A stretch of DNA of 64,000 bases, from positions 186,001 through 250,000 of the forward strand of contig CDROCS010002834.1 of NCBI GenBank assembly GCA_977020255.1, read 5' to 3'. A program made the translations under genes and the position numbers. This document shows, piece after piece, positions 12,234 through 22,267 of the stretch. Source of the DNA: Obrimoposthia wandeli. Its lineage: Eukaryota. Below the pieces are notes generated by a model. The model was not told the DNA's origin, made no database searches, and was given only the letters and a program-made list of their open reading frames with translations. The number at the start of each line of letters is the position of its first letter. Position 1 is the first letter of the stretch.

Positions 12234-12456
12234 AAACAAACTTTTTCTTTCTATAACTGATACTTAAAACACTATCCCCATCTCCCCTCTAATTTCAAAT
12301 TCACCTCCAACCATTATATGCAACAGATGTAACAAGCATTGAATTAATTCAAACTGCGCCGCGTAACCTTTTCATTACTATTCAGCCAGTTGAAGTCTAC
12401 TCGTATTCTAATCCCACTTAAAATTAATGCTTACGGGCAATATAAGGGAAAGAAGA

Positions 12457-12915
12457 ATGAAAAAGATGCAAAAAGGTTTTACGCTAATTGAGTTGATGAT
12501 CGTAGTGGCGGTTATTGGGGTGCTTTCTGCAATTGCTGTTCCTCAATATCAAAATTATGTAAAAAAATCTGAAGCTGCAGCCGGATTATCAACAATCAGA
12601 GCATTGCAAACGAACATTGATAATTATATAGCCTCAAATGCAGGAGCTTTCCCTGAAGATGCCCAGATGGATGATCTTGGTGCCGCAAAAGATATGAACA
12701 ACCTAGGAACAATTGCACTTGTCAAAGATGGACAAACAGTAACTTTTACATTTAACACAGAAGCCTCTATTCCTTCTACAGAAACTCTAGTTATGACTAA
12801 AGCAACATCTAATGGGCTTTGGAGCTGTGAGAGTAAGGTGACAAAAGTTAGTCTAAAAGGTTGCCCAATAGGTTCAGGTTCAGGTTCAGGAACACCACCA
12901 GCACCAGCACCATAA
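12457..12915 (+). CDS. pilA: Type IVa major pilin
   Basis: Class III signal QKG/FTLIELMIVVAVIG with Glu5, C-terminal Cys pair (WSCES...KGCP), first gene of pilABCD. ATG 12457 follows GGGAAAGAAGA. Confidence 0.95.
   Translation: MKKMQKGFTLIELMIVVAVIGVLSAIAVPQYQNYVKKSEAAAGLSTIRALQTNIDNYIASNAGAFPEDAQMDDLGAAKDMNNLGTIALVKDGQTVTFTFNTEASIPSTETLVMTKATSNGLWSCESKVTKVSLKGCPIGSGSGSGTPPAPAP
12871..12912 (+). repeat. Hexamer microrepeats (GGTTCA)x3 and CCAGCA-type repeats encoding the pilin tail GSGSGSGTPPAPAP
   Basis: ggttcaggttcaggttcagga acaccaccagcaccagcacca, read directly. Confidence 0.9.
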
Positions 12916-12917
12916 TA

Positions 12918-14603
12918 ATGCAAACCAACCTCGCTTCTATCTTGCATCAGGCTGATTTAATCAGCTTGGTGCAAGAGCAAAACGTGGTCGATACCGTGCA
13001 TGCAGAAGGCATTAACGTGCCTTCTGCATGTACACGTTTGGGCATATTCAGCGACAGTGAACTTGCCCGCCATATCGAGCTCATTTTTGCCATCGCGCTG
13101 ATTGATATTCACCAATACGATTACGCAGAATGCTGCAAAAAAGTCTACCAACGTGAATTAGTATTACGCCACCGGGCGATTCCGCTGCAATTTAACGATA
13201 CCAGTCTATTTCTGGGTATTAGCGACCCCACTAACTTAGATGCACAAGACGAGTTTCGTTTTGCTACAGGTAAAAATGTTGAGCTGCTACTGTTAGACAA
13301 TAAACAGCTAGAAAGCGCCATTCGACGCATTTACGGCAGTGATGTCGGTGAAACCGAACACGCGCGCGATATCAGTAACCAAGACTTAAACAACTTGGTC
13401 GATATTAGCGACGGTGAAATTGACGATACCACCGATCTAAGCCGAGACAGCGCCCCCGTTACTCGCTATATCAATCAAATATTGCTAGAGGCCGTGCGAA
13501 AAAAAGCCTCAGACATTCATTTTGAACCCTATGAGGAAAGCTACCGGATCCGTTTTCGTTGTGACGGAATTTTGCATCAACATGCTACCCCACCGACGAG
13601 CTTATCGCGCCGCTTATCGACCCGTTTAAAGGTAATGTCGAAGCTCAATATTGCCGAGCGCCGTAAACCCCAAGATGGTCGCATTAAACTAAAATTAACC
13701 CCAACGTTAGCGATTGATTTGCGGGTATCATCACTGCCTACGTTGTGGGGCGAAAAAGTGGTACTGCGGATCCTCGATAGCTCTGCCGCCAGTTTAGACA
13801 TTGATATTCTGGGTTATAACGACAAACAAAAGTGTGATTACCTTGCCGCATTAGCACAACCACAAGGCATGATCTTAATGACTGGGCCGACAGGCAGCGG
13901 TAAAACCGTTTCGCTGTATACCGGGTTGAAAATTCTTAATACCGAAGAGCTCAATATTTCTACCGCTGAAGATCCGGTCGAGATCAACCTGCCGGGTATA
14001 AACCAAGTCCATATTAATACCCAAGTTGGGCTCAACTTTTCTGATGCGCTACGATCGTTTCTTCGCCAAGATCCTGATGTGGTGATGGTCGGTGAAATAC
14101 GAGATATTGAAACCGCAGCCATTGCAGTAAAAGCCGCCCAAACCGGTCACTTGTTACTCTCGACCTTGCATACCAATTCTGCCGCCGAAACCATTACCCG
14201 CTTAACCAATATGGGCATTGAAGATTTTAACCTCGCGTCATCACTCAGCTTAATTATCGCCCAGCGTTTAGCACGGCGTTTATGCCCATACTGCAAACAA
14301 ATACACGATCTGGATGCCCTCACCCGAGACAAATTTGAAATACCCGTCGACAACCTAATTTATAAAGCCAGTGAACGGGGCTGTGATGATTGCAATAAAG
14401 GCTATATCGGGCGTGTAGGCATTTATGAAGTGATGCCCTTTAGCCCAGAACTGGCTCAGGCACTCGTGGCGGGCGCATCAACCTTAGAGCTTGAACGTAT
14501 TGCCTGCCAGCAAGGTATGCAGCGATTACAGCAATCTGGCATCGAAAAATTAGTGGCGGGCACCACCAGCTTAATCGAGCTACAGCGCATACTGCATTAC
14601 TGA
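12918..14603 (+). CDS. pilB: Type IV pilus assembly ATPase
   Basis: Walker A GPTGSGKT, RQDPDVVMVGEIRD, His box STLHTN and Zn Cys pairs CPYC/CDDC. The start MQTNL at 12918 directly follows the pilA stop. Confidence 0.96.
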   Translation: MQTNLASILHQADLISLVQEQNVVDTVHAEGINVPSACTRLGIFSDSELARHIELIFAIALIDIHQYDYAECCKKVYQRELVLRHRAIPLQFNDTSLFLGISDPTNLDAQDEFRFATGKNVELLLLDNKQLESAIRRIYGSDVGETEHARDISNQDLNNLVDISDGEIDDTTDLSRDSAPVTRYINQILLEAVRKKASDIHFEPYEESYRIRFRCDGILHQHATPPTSLSRRLSTRLKVMSKLNIAERRKPQDGRIKLKLTPTLAIDLRVSSLPTLWGEKVVLRILDSSAASLDIDILGYNDKQKCDYLAALAQPQGMILMTGPTGSGKTVSLYTGLKILNTEELNISTAEDPVEINLPGINQVHINTQVGLNFSDALRSFLRQDPDVVMVGEIRDIETAAIAVKAAQTGHLLLSTLHTNSAAETITRLTNMGIEDFNLASSLSLIIAQRLARRLCPYCKQIHDLDALTRDKFEIPVDNLIYKASERGCDDCNKGYIGRVGIYEVMPFSPELAQALVAGASTLELERIACQQGMQRLQQSGIEKLVAGTTSLIELQRILHY

Positions 14604-14696
14604 TTCTTATCGCAAAGCACGGCTACAGGCACGCATTTTCAACAATAGATTTGCACCATTAAGCATTAGCCATTCATCCCTTAAGTAGGATAAATC

Positions 14697-15917
14697 ATGA
14701 ATCCAGCCTCTAAATTGCATTATTACCACTGGCGCGGATCTAACCAAGCAGGGCGTAAAGTCTCTGGCGTCATTATTGGCTATCAAGAACAAGAAGTTCG
14801 TAGCAAACTGACCGAACAAAGAATCCATATAAAAAAAATTAAACGCCGTAAGCCTTCCACCTTCAGTAAACTCAGAAACCAAATGAAATCTGAAGACATT
14901 ACGGAAACCACCCGTCAATTAGCCACCATGATCGAATCTGGCGTGCCTGTTGTGCAATCGTTAAAACTGATTTCTAATAGCCACCACAAAGCAGAAGTAC
15001 GGGCAGCACTCACCCAAGTGACCGCGCAAGTTGAAGCGGGGGCATCGCTGTCTAAAGCCTTAAAAACCAGTTCACCACTGTTTGATGCGTTCTATTGCGA
15101 CCTTGTGGCAACCGGTGAGCAAACTGGTCACCTTGCTGAGGTGTTTTCACGTATTGCCACTTACCGTGAAAAAGGTGAAATCATGCGAAAAAAGGTCATC
15201 AAAGCGATGATCTACCCTACTATGGTTACCTTTGCCGCAGTCATCGTCACCGTGATGATGCTGGTCTTTGTTATCCCTCAGTTTGCCAGCATATTCAGCA
15301 GTTTTGGCGCGGAATTGCCACTGTTTACTCAGCTAGTGATTAATGCCTCCGAGTTCTTGATTGCTCATGGGCTTTACCTCACCATCGCACTCGTGTCGAT
15401 AATTTGCCTGTATTATTACAGCCATAAAAAATCGTATAATTTTAGACTGAAAGTCGACAAGTTGAGTTTACGGTTACCCATTTTAGGCAAAGTATTACTG
15501 AAAGCGACCATTGCGCGGTTCGCCCGTACCCTTGCCACCACCTTTACTGCCGGTATTCCCTTGCTCTCGGGTTTACAATCAGCAGGTAAAACTGCCGGTA
15601 ACTTGTATATTGCGAATGCGGTCTATGAAGCACACGCTAATACCGCTGCGGGTATGCCGTTATACCTCGCCCTACGCCAGTCTGGCGTTTTTCCTGAGCT
15701 TATGTTGCAGATGACAATGATCGGTGAAGAATCAGGCTCTCTGGATGACATGCTCAATAAAATGGCATTGCTGTACGAGAATGATGTCGATAATACAGTT
15801 GATAACCTGGGTAAAATTCTCGAACCTTTAATTATCATCATTTTAGGTGGGTTAATCGGCGGCTTATTAGTCGCGATGTATATGCCAATATTCAGCTTAA
15901 TGAGTGTAATGGGTTAA
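14697..15917 (+). CDS. pilC: Type IV pilus inner-membrane platform protein
   Basis: Two T2SSF repeats (TRQLATMIESGVP; GEQTGHL / GEESGSLDDML) and three TM segments. Confidence 0.95.
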   Translation: MNPASKLHYYHWRGSNQAGRKVSGVIIGYQEQEVRSKLTEQRIHIKKIKRRKPSTFSKLRNQMKSEDITETTRQLATMIESGVPVVQSLKLISNSHHKAEVRAALTQVTAQVEAGASLSKALKTSSPLFDAFYCDLVATGEQTGHLAEVFSRIATYREKGEIMRKKVIKAMIYPTMVTFAAVIVTVMMLVFVIPQFASIFSSFGAELPLFTQLVINASEFLIAHGLYLTIALVSIICLYYYSHKKSYNFRLKVDKLSLRLPILGKVLLKATIARFARTLATTFTAGIPLLSGLQSAGKTAGNLYIANAVYEAHANTAAGMPLYLALRQSGVFPELMLQMTMIGEESGSLDDMLNKMALLYENDVDNTVDNLGKILEPLIIIILGGLIGGLLVAMYMPIFSLMSVMG

Positions 15918-15992
15918 CGTTAGCGCTCATACTCCCTCTACATTACCCAATCTTACGTATTTTCTGCAGGAGAGAAGCGACTTTGCCTCCTA

Positions 15993-16018
15993 TTGTTCAC
16001 TCTGTTTGTTCACTCTGT
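15993..16018 (+). repeat. Perfect 13-bp tandem duplication TTGTTCACTCTGT x2
   Basis: 15993-16005 and 16006-16018 are identical. Confidence 0.9.
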
Positions 16019-16038
16019 GATAAAAAACACGGTAAAAT
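16009..16038 (+). promoter_or_regulatory. Candidate internal promoter for pilD-coaE-zapD-yacG
   Basis: TTCACT-18 bp-TAAAAT in the 160-bp pilC-pilD gap. Confidence 0.5.
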
Positions 16039-16077
16039 ACATTTAATCTCAACCCTTTATCAATATTCGGACCCGCA

Positions 16078-16977
16078 ATGGAATTGTTTACATACTACCC
16101 TTGGTTATTTCCGGTTTTTGCCGCTATTTTTGGTTTGCTCATTGGTAGTTTTTTGAATGTGGTGATCCACCGCTTACCGATCATGATGGAACGCCAATGG
16201 AAAGCAGATTGCATTGAATGCTTTCCTGAATTTGATAAAGAAAATAAACAAGAGAAAGATAATAATTCCGTCGCAACAACGCCTACTTTTAATCTTAGTG
16301 TGCCGCGCTCACGCTGCCCTCATTGCCAACACGCCATCACGATGTGGGAAAACATCCCAGTCATTAGTTGGTTAGTGTTAAAAGGGAAATGCAGTGCCTG
16401 TGGCGTAAGCATCAGTGCTCGCTATCCCACCATTGAATTACTGACCGCAGTAATGACCACCATTATTGCACTCATGTTACCGCCATCATTATGGGCGATT
16501 GCGGTTATCTTTTTCAGCTTTGCACTGATTGCCCTGACTTTTATTGATATCGACACCATGTTACTGCCTGATCAAATAACCCTTCCTTTAATGTGGGCCG
16601 GTATTGCGGCGGCACTCGTGGGCTTGAGCCCTGTGTCACTGCAAGATGCCATTATTGGTGCGATGGTAGGCTATCTGTCACTTTGGAGCCTATTCTGGTG
16701 CTTTAAACTGATCACTGGCAAAGAAGGGATGGGATACGGTGATTTTAAGCTGTTAGCGGCTTTGGGCGCTTGGCTGGGCTGGCAAAGTTTACCTTTTGTG
16801 GTATTACTTTCTTCCTTGGTTGGCGCAGTCTGTGGCATTATCTTATTAAGAGTGCAACGTTCTGATTCACAAACACCTTTTTCATTTGGTCCTTACCTTG
16901 CGATGGCGGGCTGGATTAGCATTCTATGGGGCGATCAAATTATTGGTTGGTATCTCCATTCATATGTAGGTATGTAA
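16078..16977 (+). CDS. pilD: Prepilin peptidase/N-methyltransferase
   Basis: GSFLNVVIHRLP, CPHC/CSAC Zn site, FIDIDTMLLPD and GMGYGDFKLLAALGAWLG. Confidence 0.97.
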   Translation: MELFTYYPWLFPVFAAIFGLLIGSFLNVVIHRLPIMMERQWKADCIECFPEFDKENKQEKDNNSVATTPTFNLSVPRSRCPHCQHAITMWENIPVISWLVLKGKCSACGVSISARYPTIELLTAVMTTIIALMLPPSLWAIAVIFFSFALIALTFIDIDTMLLPDQITLPLMWAGIAAALVGLSPVSLQDAIIGAMVGYLSLWSLFWCFKLITGKEGMGYGDFKLLAALGAWLGWQSLPFVVLLSSLVGAVCGIILLRVQRSDSQTPFSFGPYLAMAGWISILWGDQIIGWYLHSYVGM

Positions 16978-17582
16978 TGATGACGATGGTTATTGGGCTT
17001 ACAGGCGGTATTGGTAGCGGTAAAACAACGGTTGCCAACCTTTTTGGCGACTACGGCATTGATCTTATTGATGCCGACATCATAGCCCGAGAAGTGGTTG
17101 AACCTGGCACTACAGGATTAAACGCAATTGTAGAAAAGCTGGGCGCTGACATCCTGTTGACAGACGGCACACTTGATCGCAGTAAGCTAAGAAACGCTAT
17201 CTTTAACGAGCATCAGCTAAAAGACTGGCTTAATGGTTTATTGCACCCGTTGATTCGAGAAAAAATGCGCTCAAATATCAGCAAAGCAACATCGCCATAT
17301 TGCTTATTGGTTGTTCCTTTAATGGTAGAGAATAACCTGCAAACGATGACTCATCGTTTATTAGTGGTTGATGTCGACGAAGCGCTACAAATTGAGCGCA
17401 CTCAAACGCGAGATAATGTGGCACCAGAACACGTAAAAAAAATCCTGACGGCACAAGCTTCTCGCCAAAATCGGAATGCAGCCGCTGATGACATTATTAG
17501 CAATAATGGCAATAGTGCAGAGCTTAAAAATAAAGTGGCCGAATTACATAAAAAATATATAAAAATGAGCCATCTTTATTAA
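16977..17582 (+). CDS. coaE: Dephospho-CoA kinase
   Basis: IGLTGGIGSGKTT, IDADIIAREVV, LHPLIR. The start overlaps the pilD stop (TAATG). Confidence 0.96.
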   Translation: MMTMVIGLTGGIGSGKTTVANLFGDYGIDLIDADIIAREVVEPGTTGLNAIVEKLGADILLTDGTLDRSKLRNAIFNEHQLKDWLNGLLHPLIREKMRSNISKATSPYCLLVVPLMVENNLQTMTHRLLVVDVDEALQIERTQTRDNVAPEHVKKILTAQASRQNRNAAADDIISNNGNSAELKNKVAELHKKYIKMSHLY

Positions 17583-17636
17583 AAGGCTGCTTATTTCTCA
17601 ATAATACAGCTGTCAAAATTAAGTAGATGACAACAT

Positions 17637-18374
17637 ATGCAAACAAACAGATTTGAACATCCACTAAATGAGAAAGTACGTATTTATTTACGTCTTGAAT
17701 ATTTAATTCGACAAATGACTCACGCGAGCCAATTGAGCGATCAATGGCAGCATCAAATCTTTTTCCGTGCTTTGTTTGATCTATTAGAAATTTTAGATCA
17801 AGTGCAACTCAAAACAGAGCTCGCAAAAGATCTTGAAAAACAGCGATGCAAACTAAAAAATTGGCTCAATATCGATGGGGTTGATCAAAATGCCTTATTA
17901 GAGCTACTTGATAGTATGGATATGGCACATCATAAATTGATTGCAGCCAACCGACTAGGTCAAGATTTACGCGATGATCGTTTCTTAAGTGGTATTAAAC
18001 AGCGCTTTTCAATTCCAGGCGGCAGTTGTTGTTTTGATTTACCGACCTTGCATCATTGGCTACATTTGCCACTGGCGCATAAGCAGAATGACTTAAGTAC
18101 TTGGCTATCGCAACTAACTGAAATGACTGATGCATTAAACTTATGGCTGCGCTTTACTCGTGAGTCGGGGCAGTTCCAGCCACTGGTAGCCCGTGCCGGT
18201 TTCTTTCAACATACCGCAGAAAATGCCAGCCTATTACGATTACAGATTTGCCCTAGCTATGGTGTATACCCTATGATATCAGGACATCGTGGTCGTTTTG
18301 CTATTCGCTTCATTCCTTTTGAAGAAGGTGCGACGATTGCTGATACCATCGAATTTAAATTAGCTATTTGCTGA
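17637..18374 (+). CDS. zapD: Cell division protein ZapD
   Basis: [16 protein letters not shown] and [14 protein letters not shown], in the coaE-zapD-yacG context. Confidence 0.95.
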   Translation: MQTNRFEHPLNEKVRIYLRLEYLIRQMTHASQLSDQWQHQIFFRALFDLLEILDQVQLKTELAKDLEKQRCKLKNWLNIDGVDQNALLELLDSMDMAHHKLIAANRLGQDLRDDRFLSGIKQRFSIPGGSCCFDLPTLHHWLHLPLAHKQNDLSTWLSQLTEMTDALNLWLRFTRESGQFQPLVARAGFFQHTAENASLLRLQICPSYGVYPMISGHRGRFAIRFIPFEEGATIADTIEFKLAIC

Positions 18375-18382
18375 GGTTACCC

Positions 18383-18598
18383 GTGTCACAATCAAACACG
18401 CCAACAACACCCGTTATTGTTAAATGTCCAACGTGTAAAAAAGAGGTGGAATGGGGAGAGCAAAGCCCTTATCGCCCTTTTTGTAACAAACGTTGTCAGT
18501 TGATTGATTTGGGTGAATGGGCAGAAGAAGAAAAGTCTATTCCGGGTGCACCAGATTTATCTGATTCAGATGGCTGGTCGGAAGATATGGGACATTAA
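18383..18598 (+). CDS. yacG: DNA gyrase inhibitor
   Basis: CPTC...[16 protein letters not shown]...WSE. GTG start at 18383 with GAGG SD. Confidence 0.93.
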   Translation: MSQSNTPTTPVIVKCPTCKKEVEWGEQSPYRPFCNKRCQLIDLGEWAEEEKSIPGAPDLSDSDGWSEDMGH

Positions 18599-18613
18599 CC
18601 CCAGTGCCGAGAA

Positions 18614-18640
18614 GCGAGTTCCTAGAGACTAGGATCTCGC
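18614..18640. terminator. Stem-loop between convergent yacG and mutT
   Basis: GCGAG-t-TCCTAG-aga-CTAGGA-t-CTCGC, with no U tract. Confidence 0.55.
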
Positions 18641-18644
18641 GACT

Positions 18645-19046
18645 TCAACGAAGCTGAGCCAGCTTTGCCAATACCGCTTCATTCGCTTCAGGAAAACGGT
18701 AGTTAGCTAAATCGCACAGATTAACCCACTCACCGGGTTGGCCTTCCTTGCCGTACGCTTCACCGCTAAACGCTTTCACCAAAAAGAAATCAAACTTTAA
18801 GGCTTTATCTGGGTAGTCATGATCCAATGCCATGAAATGTTCGATCTCGGTAACACGAATGCCTACCTCTTCAAATAATTCACGTACGACCGCCTGCTCT
18901 GCGGTTTCATTGACTTCGACTTTACCACCTGCGAATTCCCAAAACCCACCTTGATGCGCCTTATCAGCACGACGAGTAATAAAAACCTGATCCCCTTGAG
19001 GGTTTAGAATGATCCCAGCAGAAATCCAAATAACTTTTTTGTTCAA
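18645..19046 (-). CDS. mutT: 8-oxo-dGTP diphosphatase
   Basis: Nudix box GGKVEVNETAEQAVVRELFEEVG and the WEFAGG motif, downstream of secA. TTG start. Confidence 0.93.
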   Translation of the reverse strand: MNKKVIWISAGIILNPQGDQVFITRRADKAHQGGFWEFAGGKVEVNETAEQAVVRELFEEVGIRVTEIEHFMALDHDYPDKALKFDFFLVKAFSGEAYGKEGQPGEWVNLCDLANYRFPEANEAVLAKLAQLR

Positions 19047-19123
19047 CGCCTTTACCTTTTGTATGAATGGTGAATTTGATCATCTCGATCATTATCATCA
19101 TTTTCTCGCATCTAATTTATCTT

Positions 19124-19156
19124 AATAAAAAGGCCGCATCAGCGGCCTTCTTTATT
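19124..19156 (-). terminator. secA terminator
   Basis: AAGGCCGC-ATCA-GCGGCCTT flanked by A- and T-rich tracts. Confidence 0.8.
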
Positions 19157-19180
19157 ACAAAACAATGAAGAGAAGATCGT

Positions 19181-21913
19181 TTAGTTGATCTTACCGTGAC
19201 ATTGCTTGTATTTCTTACCAGAACCACATGGGCAAGGTTCGTTACGACCAACCTTACGTTCTTCACGTTCAAACGTACCAGACTCAGCAGGTTGTTCAGC
19301 ATCGCTTTCACCTGCAATTTGACTTGCAGCATTTTGATGCTGGTATTGCTGGCGACGAGCAAGCTCTTCTGCTTGTTGGCGACGTTCTTCTTCCATGCGA
19401 TCAACTTCTTCTTGTTGCTGCACACGTACTTTACTCAAAATCGATACAACATCAGACTTCAAGCTATCTAGCATTTCCTCAAACAGTTCAAACGATTCAC
19501 GCTTGTATTCCTGTTTAGGGTTTTTCTGTGCGTAACCACGAAGGTGAATACCTTGACGAAGGTGATCCATTGCCGCTAAGTGCTCTTTCCACAACGTATC
19601 AAGATTCTGCAACATCACAGTTTTCTCAAAGTTACGCAGTACTTCAGCACCAACCACTTCTTCTTTTTGCTGGTAAACTTCAATCGCTTTCGCAACAATA
19701 CGCTCACGAAGTGCTTCTTCGTACAGCTTTTCTTCTGTATCTAGCCACTCTTGAATAGGGAGTTCTAAATCAAAGTCCGCTTTTAAGCGCTCTTCTAGAC
19801 CTTTAATATCCCACATTTCTTCAAGAGACTGTTGTGGAATGTAAGAATCAACAACAGCAAGAATCACATCATCACGGTTTTGCGTAATCATGTCGCTGAT
19901 ATCTTCAGCATTCATCAACTCATCACGTAGTTCATAAACCACTTTACGTTGATCGTTGGCGACATCATCGAATTCAAGCAATTGCTTACGAATATCGAAG
20001 TTACGACCTTCCACTTTACGTTGCGCGTTTTCAATCGCTTTTGTTACCCAAGGGTGCTCAATCGCTTCGCCTTCTTCCATACCCAGCTTCTTCATCATGT
20101 TTGATACACGATCTGAAGCAAAGATACGCATCAAGCCATCTTCCATTGAAAGGTAGAAACGCGATGAACCAGCATCACCTTGACGACCAGAACGACCACG
20201 AAGCTGGTTATCGATACGACGAGATTCATGACGCTCAGTACCAGTAATGTGTAAGCCACCAGCAGCTAATACTGTTTCATGACGTATTTTCCAATCTGCT
20301 TTAATCTGAGCAATTTGAGCATCAGTTGGATCTTGCAGATTCGAAATTTCTTCCTGCCAGCTACCGCCTAATACGATATCGGTACCACGACCTGCCATGT
20401 TAGTTGCAATGGTTACAGCGCCAGACTGACCAGCATTTGCAATGATATACGCTTCTTTTTCGTGGAATTTAGCATTCAGTACTTCATGCTTGATACCCGC
20501 TTTTTTCAGCGCATCAGATAACAATTCTGATTTTTCAATCGAAACCGTACCGACAAGAACAGGCTGACCTTTGGTAAAACGTTCTTTAATATCGTCACAA
20601 ATAGCAACGAACTTTTCAGCTTCGGTCATGTAAACCAAATCGCCCATATCATCACGGACCATCGGCTTATTGGTTGGCATTACAACGGTTTCCAAATCAT
20701 AAATAGATTGGAATTCAAATGCTTCTGTATCTGCCGTACCCGTCATGCCGGATAACTTACTATAAAGACGGAAATAATTCTGGAAAGTGATAGATGCCAG
20801 TGTTTGGTTCTCGTTCTGGATCTTAACGCCTTCTTTAGCTTCAACAGCTTGATGAAGACCTTCAGACCAACGACGTCCAGGCATAGTACGACCCGTGTGC
20901 TCATCGACAATAATAACTTCATCATCTTTTACGATGTAATCAACGTCGCGTTCAAATAGTACATGGGCACGTAAAGCAGCAGTAATATGGTGTAATAAGC
21001 TGATATTAGAAGGAGAATATAAAGTATCGTCCTCAGCCATCATTCCCTGTTGCGTCAATAACTCTTCAACAAACTCTTGACCATTTTCTGTCAGGTGAGT
21101 TTGCTTTGATTTCTCATCAACGGTGTAGTGACCGTCACCACGAAAATCTTCACTATCTTCTTGATCTTGTTTTACTAACTGTGGGATCAATAGATTAATT
21201 TTAGTGTACAGGTCTGAACTATCTTCAGCAGGGCCAGAAATAATCAGCGGTGTACGTGCTTCATCGATTAAGATGGAATCCACTTCATCGACTACGGCAA
21301 AGAAACGTTCACGTTGTACGCGGTCTTCAGGGCGGAAAGCCATGTTGTCACGTAAGTAATCGAAACCAAATTCGTTATTCGTACCGTAAAGTACATCAGC
21401 GCTGTACGCTTCTTTCTTTGCTTGAGGCGGCATATTAGGCACGTTGATACCAACGGTCATACCTAAGAATTCAAACAATGCACGGTTGGTTTCTGCATCT
21501 CGCGCGGCGAGATAATCGTTCACTGTTACAATGTGAACACCTTTACCGGTCAAGGCATTCAAATATGCCGGTAAGGTTGCGGTTAGAGTTTTACCTTCAC
21601 CAGTACGCATTTCTGCAATTTGGCAATTATTCAGTACCATGCCACCAAGCAGCTGCACGTCAAAGTGACGCATACCAAAGACACGCTTTGATGCTTCACG
21701 CACTGTCGCAAATGCTTCTGGTAGAAGTTGGTCTAATGATTCGCCTTGATCTAGGCGTTCGCGGAATTCAACAGTTTTAGTCTTCAATTCTTCATCTTGT
21801 AGACTGTCAAACTGAGGTTCTAGTTTATTGATCTCATCGACAATTTTGCGCATACGACGCAGAGTGCGGTCGTTACGGCTACCGATAACTTTAGTCAGTA
21901 GTTTTGATAACAT
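19181..21913 (-). CDS. secA: Preprotein translocase ATPase SecA
   Basis: [30 protein letters not shown] and the C-terminal Zn motif [14 protein letters not shown]. Confidence 0.99.
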   Translation of the reverse strand: MLSKLLTKVIGSRNDRTLRRMRKIVDEINKLEPQFDSLQDEELKTKTVEFRERLDQGESLDQLLPEAFATVREASKRVFGMRHFDVQLLGGMVLNNCQIAEMRTGEGKTLTATLPAYLNALTGKGVHIVTVNDYLAARDAETNRALFEFLGMTVGINVPNMPPQAKKEAYSADVLYGTNNEFGFDYLRDNMAFRPEDRVQRERFFAVVDEVDSILIDEARTPLIISGPAEDSSDLYTKINLLIPQLVKQDQEDSEDFRGDGHYTVDEKSKQTHLTENGQEFVEELLTQQGMMAEDDTLYSPSNISLLHHITAALRAHVLFERDVDYIVKDDEVIIVDEHTGRTMPGRRWSEGLHQAVEAKEGVKIQNENQTLASITFQNYFRLYSKLSGMTGTADTEAFEFQSIYDLETVVMPTNKPMVRDDMGDLVYMTEAEKFVAICDDIKERFTKGQPVLVGTVSIEKSELLSDALKKAGIKHEVLNAKFHEKEAYIIANAGQSGAVTIATNMAGRGTDIVLGGSWQEEISNLQDPTDAQIAQIKADWKIRHETVLAAGGLHITGTERHESRRIDNQLRGRSGRQGDAGSSRFYLSMEDGLMRIFASDRVSNMMKKLGMEEGEAIEHPWVTKAIENAQRKVEGRNFDIRKQLLEFDDVANDQRKVVYELRDELMNAEDISDMITQNRDDVILAVVDSYIPQQSLEEMWDIKGLEERLKADFDLELPIQEWLDTEEKLYEEALRERIVAKAIEVYQQKEEVVGAEVLRNFEKTVMLQNLDTLWKEHLAAMDHLRQGIHLRGYAQKNPKQEYKRESFELFEEMLDSLKSDVVSILSKVRVQQQEEVDRMEEERRQQAEELARRQQYQHQNAASQIAGESDAEQPAESGTFEREERKVGRNEPCPCGSGKKYKQCHGKIN

Positions 21914-22267
21914 GGCTATGTCGTTTCTCTTTGTTGTATCAGCTTATAATACGTGCTGAATAGCTTAATCAGGGTTTCATTCGGGGAGCATTAATCCCTG
22001 TCCCGCCGGTATCTGTCATGCAATATGACAATGAATCCAACAACTGAAACAATACGGTTGTAAGAGATATTGTGCCACCCTTTTATAAATTCAAGGGCGA
22101 TACAGAAACAATCCTCAGAATGAGCACTGTGTTTCAAGTATCTTCACTTACAGAACTGATATAATAAGCCATATTAACGGCATAGCCTATGGCTAAAGCT
22201 GGTGTCTTTCTTTTCATATTCGAAAAATTAGGACTTAGACCTCAATTATTGATACGGAAGACGTGTT

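Noticed and set aside
12234-12456. Sigma54 or CRP-S promoter for pilA
   Set aside because: I looked for GG-N10-GC and TGCGA/TGTGA-N6-TCGCA/TCACA and found no convincing match.
15993-16018. Short direct repeats here, at 12871-12912 and at 54792-54844 as possible CRISPR or integron elements
   Set aside because: The units abut with no unique spacers, and there are no cas genes, attC sites or integrase.
21914-22267. An intact secM gene
   Set aside because: There is no long ORF with a signal peptide or an RAGP/RAPP arrest motif. Only a weak 16-codon ORF is present, listed as a low-interest finding.
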